DNA of 36,651 nt from an uncultured Smithella sp. (lineage in GTDB: Bacteria; Desulfobacterota; Syntrophia; Syntrophales; Smithellaceae), in the NCBI GenBank assembly GCA_964460865.1, contig CAYWRV010000001.1, positions 1-36,651 of the forward strand, read 5' to 3'. Shown piece by piece: positions 20,134 through 29,129 of the stretch. The position numbers were made by a program, and so were the translations under genes. The notes under the pieces were generated by a model. That model made no database searches, was not told where the DNA came from, and saw only the letters and a program-made list of their open reading frames with translations. Numbering within the stretch: position 1 is the stretch's first letter; the number at the start of each line of letters is the position of its first letter.

Positions 20134-21470
20134 AAGGAAAACGGATGAGTGAACCTGCCCTGAATTTGTCCAGATACGAAAACATTTTGAAGCGGATGAA
20201 CCCTATTCGCGTCAACGGCAAAGTGACGGAAATCATCGGCCTGATGGTCCAGGGAAACGGCCCGGCCGCCTCCATAGGTGAGGTCTGCGGTATCGTGCCG
20301 GTAAATAACGGCGAGGCGGTGGAGGCGGAAGTGGTCGGCTTCAAAAACGGCCGGGTTTTACTAATGCCTCTGGAGAGCATTCAGGGCCTGGGGCCTGGTT
20401 GCAAGATTGTTTCCATGGGGCACAAGGCCGGTATCGGCGTAGGAAAGGGACTTCTGGGCCGGGTCATAAACGGTCTGGGTAATCCCATTGACAACAAAGG
20501 CCCCATATATCTGGAGGATGAGTATCCGATTTATGCTGAACCCATCAATCCCCTCGACCGCGGCAGGATCAAAGTGCCCACGGATCTGGGCATCCGTGCT
20601 TTGAACGGCCTTCTCACCTGCGGGAAAGGACAGAGGATGGGGATCTTTGCCGGTTCAGGCGTGGGAAAGAGCGTCCTGATGGGCATGATTGCGCGCAACA
20701 CGAAAGCGGATGTTAATGTCATCGGGCTCATTGGCGAGCGGGGCAGGGAGGTACGTGAATTTCTGGAAAAGAATCTCGGCGAAGAGGGGCTGGCCCGCTC
20801 CGTGGTGGTGGTCGCCGCCTCTGACATGCATCCGCTCATCCGCATGAGGGCTGCTTATGTCGCCACAGCTGTTTCGGAATATTTCCGCGACCAGGGAAAT
20901 GATGTCCTTTTAATGGTCGATTCACTCACCCGCTTCGCTATGGCGCAAAGGGAAGTCGGCCTGTCGGTGGGAGAGCCGCCGACGACAAAAGGTTATACCC
21001 CTTCCGTTTTCAGCCTGCTGCCAAAACTGCTGGAAAGGTCGGGCATTGTCGAGGGGGTGGGCAGTATCACCGGACTGTACACGGTCCTTGTAGAGGGAGA
21101 TGATTTCAACGAGCCGATATCAGATGCGGTGCGCTCCATTTTGGACGGCCACATTTCACTGTCGCGCGCTCTGGCAAATAAAAATGATTATCCCGCCATA
21201 GATGTTCTCGGAAGCGTCAGCCGCGTGATGATCGATGTTGTGGATGAAAAACACAAAGAAAGGGCCAACGACCTGATGAACATTATCGCCACTTATAAAA
21301 AAGCTGAAGATATCATCAACATCGGGGCCTATGTGCACGGGTCTAATCCCGCAATAGATTATTCTATAAGAATGATGGACAGGGTTAACGCATATCTGCG
21401 CCAGGATATGAGTGAAAAAATTGATTTTGCCGAGGCAAAAGAACAGCTTCTGGCATTGTTTGAAGAATAA
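20130..21470 (+). CDS. fliI: Flagellum-specific ATPase FliI
   Basis: 446-aa ORF with Walker A GSGVGKS and F1/T3SS ATPase homology throughout. Its ATGA overlaps fliH. Confidence 0.95.
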   Translation: MKGKRMSEPALNLSRYENILKRMNPIRVNGKVTEIIGLMVQGNGPAASIGEVCGIVPVNNGEAVEAEVVGFKNGRVLLMPLESIQGLGPGCKIVSMGHKAGIGVGKGLLGRVINGLGNPIDNKGPIYLEDEYPIYAEPINPLDRGRIKVPTDLGIRALNGLLTCGKGQRMGIFAGSGVGKSVLMGMIARNTKADVNVIGLIGERGREVREFLEKNLGEEGLARSVVVVAASDMHPLIRMRAAYVATAVSEYFRDQGNDVLLMVDSLTRFAMAQREVGLSVGEPPTTKGYTPSVFSLLPKLLERSGIVEGVGSITGLYTVLVEGDDFNEPISDAVRSILDGHISLSRALANKNDYPAIDVLGSVSRVMIDVVDEKHKERANDLMNIIATYKKAEDIINIGAYVHGSNPAIDYSIRMMDRVNAYLRQDMSEKIDFAEAKEQLLALFEE

Positions 21471-21475
21471 GGGCC

Positions 21476-21916
21476 ATGTTCAAGTTCAAGCTTCAGTCCG
21501 TGCTCGATTACCGGTTGAACATTGAGGAAAAAATCCTCAATGAATTTTCGGAGCTCAAACGCGAGCAGGACCGGCAAAAAGCCATTTTAGCTGCACTCCG
21601 CAGCGAAAAGGAAAGCAAGGTTGCTGACCTGAGAAATACGAACAGCTCTACAGTAAAAGCAGAGGACATCTCTTCCATCCTTGATTATGTAAAGCACCTG
21701 CGCGAAAGAGAAAAAATGCAGGAAGAAGTGAGCAGGCGGGCGAAAGAAGCTGCAGAAGAAAAGCGAAAAGAGCTCGTCGAGGCAGTTAAAAATAGAAAAG
21801 TAATGGAAAATTTAAAAGAAAAACATGAGGCAGAATATATTAAAAACATGAATGATACTGAACAAAAAACTTCTGATGAGATGTTTGTTCTGAAATTCGG
21901 CGGGAGAGAGAAATGA
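21476..21916 (+). CDS. fliJ: Flagellar export chaperone/stalk protein FliJ
   Basis: 146-aa coiled-coil ORF (FKLQSVLDYR...) at the canonical position after fliI. Confidence 0.85.
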   Translation: MFKFKLQSVLDYRLNIEEKILNEFSELKREQDRQKAILAALRSEKESKVADLRNTNSSTVKAEDISSILDYVKHLREREKMQEEVSRRAKEAAEEKRKELVEAVKNRKVMENLKEKHEAEYIKNMNDTEQKTSDEMFVLKFGGREK

Positions 21917-22551
21917 AAAAAATAATCATCACCCTGCAGATACTGGTGGCTGTTTTTATTCTGGTAAAGGTGGCGGGCGTTACCGGGATATTCGGGATGG
22001 GCGATGTCTTCACCCAAACTGCATCCTTCACCAGGCCGGCGCAGGCCCAGCAACAGGAAACAGGCGCGTCCGCTGTACAGGCACAGGAGGCGCGTGCAAG
22101 CGACGAGATGCCGTCGCCACCGAAAGATGCGCTGAAGGATATTCTTGCCGAGCAGAGAGATCTGGCCAAGGCGCTCGCCTCCAAAAAAGCGGAACTTGAC
22201 GAGCGTGAAAATCTCCTGCGCGCCGAAGAGCAGAGGCTGTTGTCGTTACGGCGGGACATAGTTTCCAAGATGACCATCCTGAAGGCACAGGAGGAGAAAC
22301 TTGCCGCAGAACTCGACAAAGTGCGTGAAGATAATATTAAAAGATTTAAAGAAATGGCCAAAGTTTATGAAAGCACTCCTCCGGCAAAGGCCGGCCCGAT
22401 GATGGAAAAACTCGATACGAAAACCGCCGCCGGCATCACAATGAATATGAAAAAAGACAAGGCAGGCGCCCTGTGGGCATACCTCACGCCGGCCAAGGCG
22501 GTGGAGATAACCAAGGAGATCACCAGGGCCGGAGGTTTTAAAAGTGAATAA
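21913..22551 (+). CDS. MotE/YlxF-family flagellar protein (N-terminal TM, coiled coil, MgtE_N-like C-terminus)
   Basis: 212-aa ORF with the TM helix IIITLQILVAVFILV, a coiled coil and the C-terminal YESTPPAKAGPMMEKLDTKTAAGI...AKAVEITKEI. It occupies the ylxF position between fliJ and fliK. Confidence 0.7.
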   Translation: MKKIIITLQILVAVFILVKVAGVTGIFGMGDVFTQTASFTRPAQAQQQETGASAVQAQEARASDEMPSPPKDALKDILAEQRDLAKALASKKAELDERENLLRAEEQRLLSLRRDIVSKMTILKAQEEKLAAELDKVREDNIKRFKEMAKVYESTPPAKAGPMMEKLDTKTAAGITMNMKKDKAGALWAYLTPAKAVEITKEITRAGGFKSE

Positions 22552-22627
22552 CCCGTAGAGCAGGACCCGTCTTCGCCTCGGGCGTCACGTAGCTCCATAA
22601 ACATCGTGTTTAATCTGTTTGAAAAAA

Positions 22628-22652
22628 GGCGACAAAGATGTCGTCTTTTTTT
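22628..22652 (+). terminator. Rho-independent terminator ending the flgB-motE-like operon
   Basis: GGCGACA-AAGA-TGTCGTC forms a 7-bp stem (one G-U pair) with a 4-nt loop, followed by TTTTTTT. An A-run precedes it. Confidence 0.7.
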
Positions 22653-22815
22653 GCCCTGATTTTCATCACAGCTTTTTTCCAACTTTTTCATTTTTGAGCG
22701 GATGGAAAAATCTTCCCCGTTAAGCAGGATAATTTTTCCCTCCGACATGTTTATATTCAAGGAATGATATTTGTATCTGGTTGATATAACGAAGGAATAA
22801 TCTACTTAAAGGCCC

Positions 22816-22831
22816 TGGCATGTCCCTTGCT
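22816..22831 (+). promoter_or_regulatory. sigma-54 (-24/-12) promoter of fliK-flgD-flgE
   Basis: TGGCAT-GTCCC-TTGCT, located 33 nt upstream of the fliK ATG. Confidence 0.78.
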
Positions 22832-22863
22832 TTTGAACCTGTTAAAATTGTGCAGAGGCGTGC

Positions 22864-24909
22864 ATGGAAATTTCAAGAGACTTTATAAACCTGTTATTAC
22901 CGCAGTTCGGCGCTCATGATGGTGTGCAGTCGTCAGGGTTTAACGGTCAGCTGCCCCTTGAGGTCTTGTTCGGAGATAAAGGCGGGCAACCGGGCAAAAT
23001 GTTTGAAGACATATTATTTGAGCTCGCCCGCTCCGACAAGGCAGAGGATTATGGCCCGAACGGAAAGGAAGCTCCGGCTTCAGTCATTATCTCAAAAGAC
23101 GAGCCGATGCCGCTTGGGCGCCAACAACTGCCGGAAAAAGAAAAGGACAGGCCGGCGGCTGTGACGGGAACAGTTTTGTCAGAGACGGTCTTTTGTACAC
23201 AAAGGCCCCTTGACGTGGCCGCCGCTTCCGACCAGAAGATTTCTGAAACCAATGTAATCCAACAAGACCCTGCCGCCTTTGCCAGCCGGGGCACCGAACG
23301 GGGTGGTGATAAGTTCAAAACACCCGAAGCGTTGACAGGCTCGACTGATAAAATATCTTCGGGCGGCAAGCCGGCAGAGCCGGAAGGCACAGACACGCAA
23401 GGAGAGAACAAACAGCAAAAAGGAGAGACGATTTTAAAAACAGCTCCCGAGGCAAACACTCACACCAGCACCTCAACGCACTCGCCATCAGAGACCGGTG
23501 AGGCAAAGAATGCATTATCGGAGGCACTGAAAGAAGGAAGGCAGATATCTGTAAAAGAAGCGCCCCTTAATGATTCATCCGCAAAGACCGACAAGCAAGT
23601 GACTGATTATCAGGATCGTTTCTCAAATGACAGGAGTGGCTGGCCAGGATCGACTGCTAAACATTCATCAGCCGGTGATGGAACTAAAAGAACATCCGGC
23701 CATCAACTTGATGACAAGCCTTCCGGGGCACTAAACATTTCTTTAAAAAACGAAAAAGCTCCTCCGGCTGCCTACACAGAGGGAAAGATAAATAATACTG
23801 CTTCAAAACACGCTGAGGCAACGGCCTGGAGGAAAGATGCACCCCATTTCAGAGAGGGGCAAAATGCGGATGCCCGTGTAAATTCTTCAGATGAGTTGGA
23901 TGATACCTTACGGAGCCTCTCTCAATCCGGGCACCGGGATATAACGCCGGGAAGGGGACTCCGGCAAAATTTTCCCGATCGACACGAAATGCAATGGGAA
24001 GCAAGGGAGATGCCGTCGGGAGCCCGCGAATCCTCTGTGACTCGCCCATCGGGAAGGGAAACAAAAGTTGAGAACCTGGGTTCCCGCGGCGGGGAATTCA
24101 TATCTGAAAGACAGGGATATGACCGCGTTTTTATGGCAGATCCGGAAAAAACAGTTACCGAAACACCTCCACAGCGCCATGGCTTTTCTTTCAAGGACTT
24201 GTCCGCCCCGTCCGAGGCCTTAGGCAAGACATTAAGCCCTGATGAAACGGATAAAAGAGAATTTCAGGCCACCGGTGAAGCACAGAGGCAAAGTGTTTGG
24301 ACTAAACAGTATACACATGATGGCGAGGCCGTAAGCGTGGCATCCAAAGCCGGAAGACCGGCTCATGACAAAGCCACAGGCACGGAAAAGGCCGAGGTTC
24401 TTCACCAATCTGTCGGGGCACACAATGTTTCCCCACAGAAGATGACCCAGGAGAACATTCCCACTGCTCAAATTATCGAGCGCATCAGCGCGAGATTTAT
24501 TGAAATCGCGGACAAGGACGGAGGAAGGGTAAAAGTCAGTCTTTCACCTCCAACCCTGGGAAACCTGGAAATGGATGTCATGTTGCGAAACGGTACTCTC
24601 AGGGTTGTTCTCGTCGTAGAGAGCAAAGACGTCCATCAGGCGCTTACCGCCAATATGGAAACGTTAAAAGGGGCACTGCAGAGCCACGGCCTGGTTATCG
24701 AGCGTTGCGAGGTGATGCTGCAGGACCGTCCCGACCATTACTGGCAGGGATTCAGCCACCAACACGCATTTGAGCGGGACCAGTCGGGAAGACGAGACGA
24801 CAGCTCTGCCGGCGACCCTGAGTATGTAATTAGAGAAGTGAGCCCGATTGCCGAACAAAATATAAACAAGACGGCACGGGAGGCAGGAAAAATAAGCGTA
24901 TTTGTTTAA
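22864..24909 (+). CDS. fliK: Flagellar hook-length control protein FliK (long form)
   Basis: 681-aa ORF. About 540 aa are low-complexity S/T/G/E/K/P-rich sequence, followed by a C-terminal Flg_hook-type domain (RVKVSLSPPTLGNLEMDVMLRNGTLRVVLVVESKDVHQAL). Confidence 0.85.
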   Translation: MEISRDFINLLLPQFGAHDGVQSSGFNGQLPLEVLFGDKGGQPGKMFEDILFELARSDKAEDYGPNGKEAPASVIISKDEPMPLGRQQLPEKEKDRPAAVTGTVLSETVFCTQRPLDVAAASDQKISETNVIQQDPAAFASRGTERGGDKFKTPEALTGSTDKISSGGKPAEPEGTDTQGENKQQKGETILKTAPEANTHTSTSTHSPSETGEAKNALSEALKEGRQISVKEAPLNDSSAKTDKQVTDYQDRFSNDRSGWPGSTAKHSSAGDGTKRTSGHQLDDKPSGALNISLKNEKAPPAAYTEGKINNTASKHAEATAWRKDAPHFREGQNADARVNSSDELDDTLRSLSQSGHRDITPGRGLRQNFPDRHEMQWEAREMPSGARESSVTRPSGRETKVENLGSRGGEFISERQGYDRVFMADPEKTVTETPPQRHGFSFKDLSAPSEALGKTLSPDETDKREFQATGEAQRQSVWTKQYTHDGEAVSVASKAGRPAHDKATGTEKAEVLHQSVGAHNVSPQKMTQENIPTAQIIERISARFIEIADKDGGRVKVSLSPPTLGNLEMDVMLRNGTLRVVLVVESKDVHQALTANMETLKGALQSHGLVIERCEVMLQDRPDHYWQGFSHQHAFERDQSGRRDDSSAGDPEYVIREVSPIAEQNINKTAREAGKISVFV

Positions 24910-24921
24910 AAGGAGAAAAAT

Positions 24922-25578
24922 ATGATCTCAGGAATCCAGGAAACAACACAAGCCGATTATACCGGCGCGCGCACTTCAAATAGAGTGGATAACACGCTGG
25001 GGAAAGACGCTTTTTTAAAAATGCTGATTGCCCAGCTGCGGCATCAGGATCCGTTAAACCCGATGGACGGGACCGCGTTTGTGGCACAGTTGGCGCAGTT
25101 CAGCTCACTGGAGCAATTAACCAACCTGAACGAAGCAATGGGAGCTCTCCCCAAATATTTAAACCAGTTCTCCAATGCTCAAATGGCCAACCTGATCGGC
25201 AATGAGGCGGTGGTAAAGGGCAATTCCATCACGGTGAGCGGTTCCGCCACGAACATTGTCTATCGCCTGCCCGCCGACATTCAAAACGGCACGATAAAAA
25301 TTTATAATGCCAACGGGATGCAGGTCGATACGATAAAACTCGCGCCGCAAAAAGCCGGGGCACAAAGCATTCTCTGGAATTCGGGATCGCAGCCTCCCGG
25401 AAATTATACCTGGGAAATTACTGCATCGGATGCCAGGGGAGGTACGGTGGTGCCTGAACAGATGCTCTACGGAAGGATTCAGGGAGTGTCTTTCAAAAAC
25501 GGTAATCCCTACCTGACGGTGAACGGTCAGGAAGTGGCATTTTCGAACGTCGTTTCAATAACCAAAGTAGACAATTAA
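24922..25578 (+). CDS. flgD: Flagellar hook capping/assembly protein FlgD
   Basis: 218-aa ORF with LGKDAFLKMLIAQLRHQDPLNPMD...FVAQLAQFSSLEQL, a typical FlgD N-terminal region. Confidence 0.93.
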   Translation: MISGIQETTQADYTGARTSNRVDNTLGKDAFLKMLIAQLRHQDPLNPMDGTAFVAQLAQFSSLEQLTNLNEAMGALPKYLNQFSNAQMANLIGNEAVVKGNSITVSGSATNIVYRLPADIQNGTIKIYNANGMQVDTIKLAPQKAGAQSILWNSGSQPPGNYTWEITASDARGGTVVPEQMLYGRIQGVSFKNGNPYLTVNGQEVAFSNVVSITKVDN

Positions 25579-25606
25579 CAAAAATTTGACATAGAGGAGG
25601 AATATT

Positions 25607-26821
25607 ATGGGCAGCGCATTATGGGCGGGAATATCAGGTTTGAATGCCAGCGCCAAGCAGCTGGACGTTGTGGCCAACAATCTGGCCAACGTCAACACAC
25701 TGGGTTTTAAAGGAGACATGACTTTTTTCGCGGACGTGTTGAGCTCGAGCATTTCCGGCGGGTCATCCGGAACACTGCAGGTCGGCCGCGGCGTGGCGGT
25801 AGCGGAGGTCCAGACATCTTTTGCCTCCGGTTCTTTTGAAACCACGGGAAACGCGACGGATGCCGCCATCGACGGTGACGGCTTTTTCATGGTCAACGAC
25901 AATGAGGGTGCAACCTACTATACAAGAGCAGGTGCGTTTCATCTCAATGCCAATGGAGTGCTCGTCGATATCAATGGTTATTATCTGCAGGGTCAGATGT
26001 TTCGTGAAGACGGCTCGCTCAGTGCATTGGGTAACATCACTCTTACCGGTCTGCAGTCGGAACCCCAGATGACGACAACCTATTCTCTGGGTGCCAATCT
26101 TAATTCACAAACCGCTGCGGGGGATACCTACACTACGACTCAGTCCATTTACGACTCGCTCGGCGCTGTCCATACCTTTGAGACCGTGTTTGAGAAAACA
26201 GCTACCAACAACAGATGGGATGTCACATTTTCATTGGATGGCAACCCGGTGGCGTCAACAGTTCCGGCCTCTGTGGTCTTTGAGTTCGACAACGGAGGCG
26301 CGATGATTACTCCGGCAAATGTGACAATCAACATGCCGCCACTGGGCACCGGTGCGACATTCGGTCCTGTCACCTGGGACATGACCGGTCCGCATGCGCT
26401 TGCCATTACGCAATATGCTTCCGCCTCGGTCATCAGAGCCACCACGGCGGACGGCTACACATCCGGTAACTTGAAGTCACTGGCCATCGATCAGGCGGGC
26501 GTGGTAAGCGGGTTTTTCACCAACGGTCAGACATCCGAGCTTGCTCAGATAATTCTGGCATCCTTTCCCAACCCCTGGGCTCTTAATAAATTGGGCTCGA
26601 ACCTTTTTGGTGAAACAGTCATGTCCGGCTCGTCCGTGCGCAATATTCCCGGTGCATCCGGCATGGGAACTCTCACTCCCAATACGCTGGAGATGTCCAA
26701 CACGGATATCGCCACGGAATTCATCCGCATGATCACCGCCCAGAAGGCGTATCAGGCCAACGCTAAGGTGATCACCACGGAAGACACACTGATGCAGGTG
26801 TTGATGAACATCAAACAATAA
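25607..26821 (+). CDS. flgE: Flagellar hook protein FlgE
   Basis: 404-aa ORF with the N-terminal GLNASAKQLDVVANNLANVNTLGFK and the C-terminal EFIRMITAQKAYQANAKVITT motifs. Confidence 0.94.
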   Translation: MGSALWAGISGLNASAKQLDVVANNLANVNTLGFKGDMTFFADVLSSSISGGSSGTLQVGRGVAVAEVQTSFASGSFETTGNATDAAIDGDGFFMVNDNEGATYYTRAGAFHLNANGVLVDINGYYLQGQMFREDGSLSALGNITLTGLQSEPQMTTTYSLGANLNSQTAAGDTYTTTQSIYDSLGAVHTFETVFEKTATNNRWDVTFSLDGNPVASTVPASVVFEFDNGGAMITPANVTINMPPLGTGATFGPVTWDMTGPHALAITQYASASVIRATTADGYTSGNLKSLAIDQAGVVSGFFTNGQTSELAQIILASFPNPWALNKLGSNLFGETVMSGSSVRNIPGASGMGTLTPNTLEMSNTDIATEFIRMITAQKAYQANAKVITTEDTLMQVLMNIKQ

Positions 26822-26828
26822 AAAATTA

Positions 26829-26874
26829 ATGTCGGGCGTCACCGGTTTCGGCCGGGACGCCCGACATGGTTTTT
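26829..26874 (+). terminator. Rho-independent terminator after flgE
   Basis: Perfect 12-bp stem ATGTCGGGCGTC / GACGCCCGACAT with a 15-nt loop, followed by GGTTTTT. Confidence 0.85.
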
Positions 26875-26919
26875 CACCAATCGTATTTTACATTCCCGTC
26901 CGCCTCGTCTTTTATGATT

Positions 26920-26935
26920 TGTCAATTATTTGACA
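26920..26935. promoter_or_regulatory. Perfect palindrome TGTCAA-TTAT-TTGACA; candidate enhancer (FleQ-box-like) for the fliL operon promoter
   Basis: Read directly from the sequence, 111 nt upstream of the -24 element at 27046. It is followed by an extra GTCAA half-site and an A-tract (26941-26960) that could bend DNA between enhancer and promoter. Confidence 0.45.
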
Positions 26936-27045
26936 TTTCGTCAAAAAAAGAAAAACCAACTCAAACTTCACAACCAGGCCGCAAATGTAGATTTATAATA
27001 CCTTGAAATCACAGGTTAAACCATGACCGGAAAAAGGCATGGCAG

Positions 27046-27061
27046 TGGTATGTTCTTTGCT
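27046..27061 (+). promoter_or_regulatory. sigma-54 (-24/-12) promoter of fliLMNOPQR-flhBAFG
   Basis: TGGTAT-GTTCT-TTGCT, about 40 nt upstream of ATG 27102. Confidence 0.78.
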
Positions 27062-27101
27062 AACAAACTGATTGAATAAAATTGCGAGGGTGGTGACGCG
27101 T

Positions 27102-27644
27102 ATGGCAGCCGATGAAAAAAGGGAAAAAGACCCGAGGCAAGACGACTCCGACGAGGAAAATGAAGAAGGGCAGAGTAAAGATTCCGGCAAAAAAAAATCA
27201 AAACTCCCGCTGATCATCATTCTCGTTGTCGTTGTTCTTCTGGTCGCGGGAGGAGCAGCCGGTGCCTACTTTTTCTTCCTGAAGCCGAAGCCGCAAACCG
27301 CAGAGGCCAAGCCTGCCGTGCAGGAACAACCGAAAGTTACCATTTTTTACCCGATGGAGCCTTTCATCGTCAATCTCCTGGATAACGACTCGGAAAGATA
27401 CTTGAAAGTCGCCATGCAGATGGAGCTCTCCGATCAGAAAACAGCCGATGAACTAAGGCGCTTAAATCCGATACTGCGTGATACGATTCTGGATCTGCTG
27501 ACATCAAAAACCTATCGCGAGATGCTCGATCCTCTTGGCAAGCAGAGGCTGCGCGATGAAATAGCCACCAGAGTGAATATGATTCTTGAGCAAGGAAAAG
27601 GCAAAGTAAACAAGGTCTACTTTACTGAATTTGTCATTCAGTAA
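27102..27644 (+). CDS. fliL: Flagellar basal body-associated protein FliL
   Basis: The ORF-track start (TTG 27072) lies at about the predicted transcription start, so ATG 27102 is preferred. It has a charged N-terminus, a single TM (LIIILVVVVLLVAGGAAGAYFFF) and the FliL core (FYPMEPFIVNLLD...YLKVAMQMEL). Confidence 0.88.
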   Translation: MAADEKREKDPRQDDSDEENEEGQSKDSGKKKSKLPLIIILVVVVLLVAGGAAGAYFFFLKPKPQTAEAKPAVQEQPKVTIFYPMEPFIVNLLDNDSERYLKVAMQMELSDQKTADELRRLNPILRDTILDLLTSKTYREMLDPLGKQRLRDEIATRVNMILEQGKGKVNKVYFTEFVIQ

Positions 27645-27670
27645 AGCCAGCTGACCCGAGGCGGGGATTC

Positions 27671-28672
27671 ATGGCAAATATACTCTCTCAGGAAGAAGTC
27701 GATGCTCTGTTACGGGGAATTTCCGGCGGAGACATTGAAACAGAAGTAGAAGTTTATCACGAACCGGGGGCGATCATTCCCTACGATCTGACCAGTCAGG
27801 ACAGGATAATCCGCGGGCGGATGCCTACGCTGGAGATGATCAATGAAAAGTATGCCCGTACCTTCCGGGCAACCCTATCTTCCATCTTGCGCAAAGTTAT
27901 TTCAATTACCGCCGTGTCTGCCGACATGATCAAATTCGGCGAGTTTTTAAAAACTCTGCCTGTGCCCACCAGCCTTCATCTGTTTCGTATGGATCCGATG
28001 CGCGGGAACGCCATTTTCGTGGTTGAATCAAAGGTAATCTTTACGCTGGTGGATATTATTTTCGGTGGTACAGGCACTGAAGTCTTTAAGATCGAGGGGC
28101 GTGAATTCACCGCTATCGAAAGCAACCTGATCAAGAAGATTGTTTTGAGCGCCCTTGCCGATCTGGAGAAAAGCTGGAAGGCACTCATTGACCTGACTGT
28201 CAGCTACCAGAGGGCGGAGGTGAATCCTCAGTTTGCACAAATTGTCCCCCCCACTGACGTTGTCGTGGTGATGAATTTTGAGGTGGAAGTAGAGTACACC
28301 TCCGGCGTCATATCCATTTGTATTCCCTATGCAATGCTGGAACCGGTCAAGGAAAAACTCGCTGCAGGGTTCCAAAGTGAACAGCTTGAGGTGGACCGGG
28401 CCTGGAGCGGACGCTTCAAGGCGGGGCTGATGGAATCAAAAGTTGATATGATGGTGGAGTTGGGACGGGTTTCAATTTTAGGAAAGGACATTGCTAATCT
28501 GAAAACGGGGGATGTTATCCAGCTTGATCACTACGCGTCGGATCCACTGGAAATTTATGTGGAGGGGATCCCGAAATACAGAGGTTATCCGGGAATATTC
28601 AAAGGCAACAAAGCGGTTCAGATCTCTCAAATATTAACCGAAAAAGAGGATTTGGAATATGGAACAGAATGA
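27671..28672 (+). CDS. fliM: Flagellar motor switch protein FliM
   Basis: 333-aa ORF with the N-terminal CheY-P binding motif LSQEEVDALL and CheC-like middle and SpoA C-terminal domains. Confidence 0.94.
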   Translation: MANILSQEEVDALLRGISGGDIETEVEVYHEPGAIIPYDLTSQDRIIRGRMPTLEMINEKYARTFRATLSSILRKVISITAVSADMIKFGEFLKTLPVPTSLHLFRMDPMRGNAIFVVESKVIFTLVDIIFGGTGTEVFKIEGREFTAIESNLIKKIVLSALADLEKSWKALIDLTVSYQRAEVNPQFAQIVPPTDVVVVMNFEVEVEYTSGVISICIPYAMLEPVKEKLAAGFQSEQLEVDRAWSGRFKAGLMESKVDMMVELGRVSILGKDIANLKTGDVIQLDHYASDPLEIYVEGIPKYRGYPGIFKGNKAVQISQILTEKEDLEYGTE

Positions 28673-29117
28673 AATTGATGAATTGATGAAAAGTGCGGCA
28701 GCAGCTAAAGAGGGGACCTCCGCTGCGGACGATAATCTGGGCTGGGACGATGTTAAAGAGGAAATGGAGCAGTCCTCGCATCCGGCAGAACAGAAAACGG
28801 AAGTATCCAGCGTTCATTTCGAAGAGCTGCAAAAAACCAAGCCGGACGGAAAGCCGAATATCAACATCGACTTCATCATGGATATTCCACTGACACTTAC
28901 CGCGGAGTTGGGCAGAAGTAAAATGCTCATCAGCGAACTTCTTCAGCTGGGGCAGGGGTCAGTGCTGGAGCTTTCCAAGCTGGCGGGAGAGCCGATGGAT
29001 ATTTTTGTTAATCAACGTCTTATCGCGCGAGGCGAGGTTGTGGTGGTCAATGAGAAATTCGGCGTGCGCCTTACCGATATTGTTTCACCAGCCGAACGGG
29101 TCAATAAGCTGGGCTGA
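28659..29117 (+). CDS. fliN: Flagellar motor switch protein FliN
   Basis: 152-aa ORF with a C-terminal SpoA domain (DIPLTLTAELGRSKMLISELLQLGQGSVLEL...VVVVNEKFGVRLTDI). Confidence 0.93.
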   Translation: MEQNEIDELMKSAAAAKEGTSAADDNLGWDDVKEEMEQSSHPAEQKTEVSSVHFEELQKTKPDGKPNINIDFIMDIPLTLTAELGRSKMLISELLQLGQGSVLELSKLAGEPMDIFVNQRLIARGEVVVVNEKFGVRLTDIVSPAERVNKLG

Positions 29118-29129
29118 GAAAGATAAAGT

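Noticed and set aside
22365-22760. 131-aa minus-strand ORF reaching into the motE-like to fliK spacer.
   Set aside because: More than half of it overlaps the motE-like gene 3' end in antisense. It runs through the terminator hairpin, and it has no recognisable domain or start context.
27023-27079. Mini-ORFs in intergenic DNA. They are 27023-27079 (MTGKRHGSGMFFANKLIE) and an ATG at 22638 encoding a hydrophobic peptide of about 19 aa.
   Set aside because: They overlap a sigma-54 promoter and a terminator hairpin respectively. They lack an RBS and are short enough to arise by chance.
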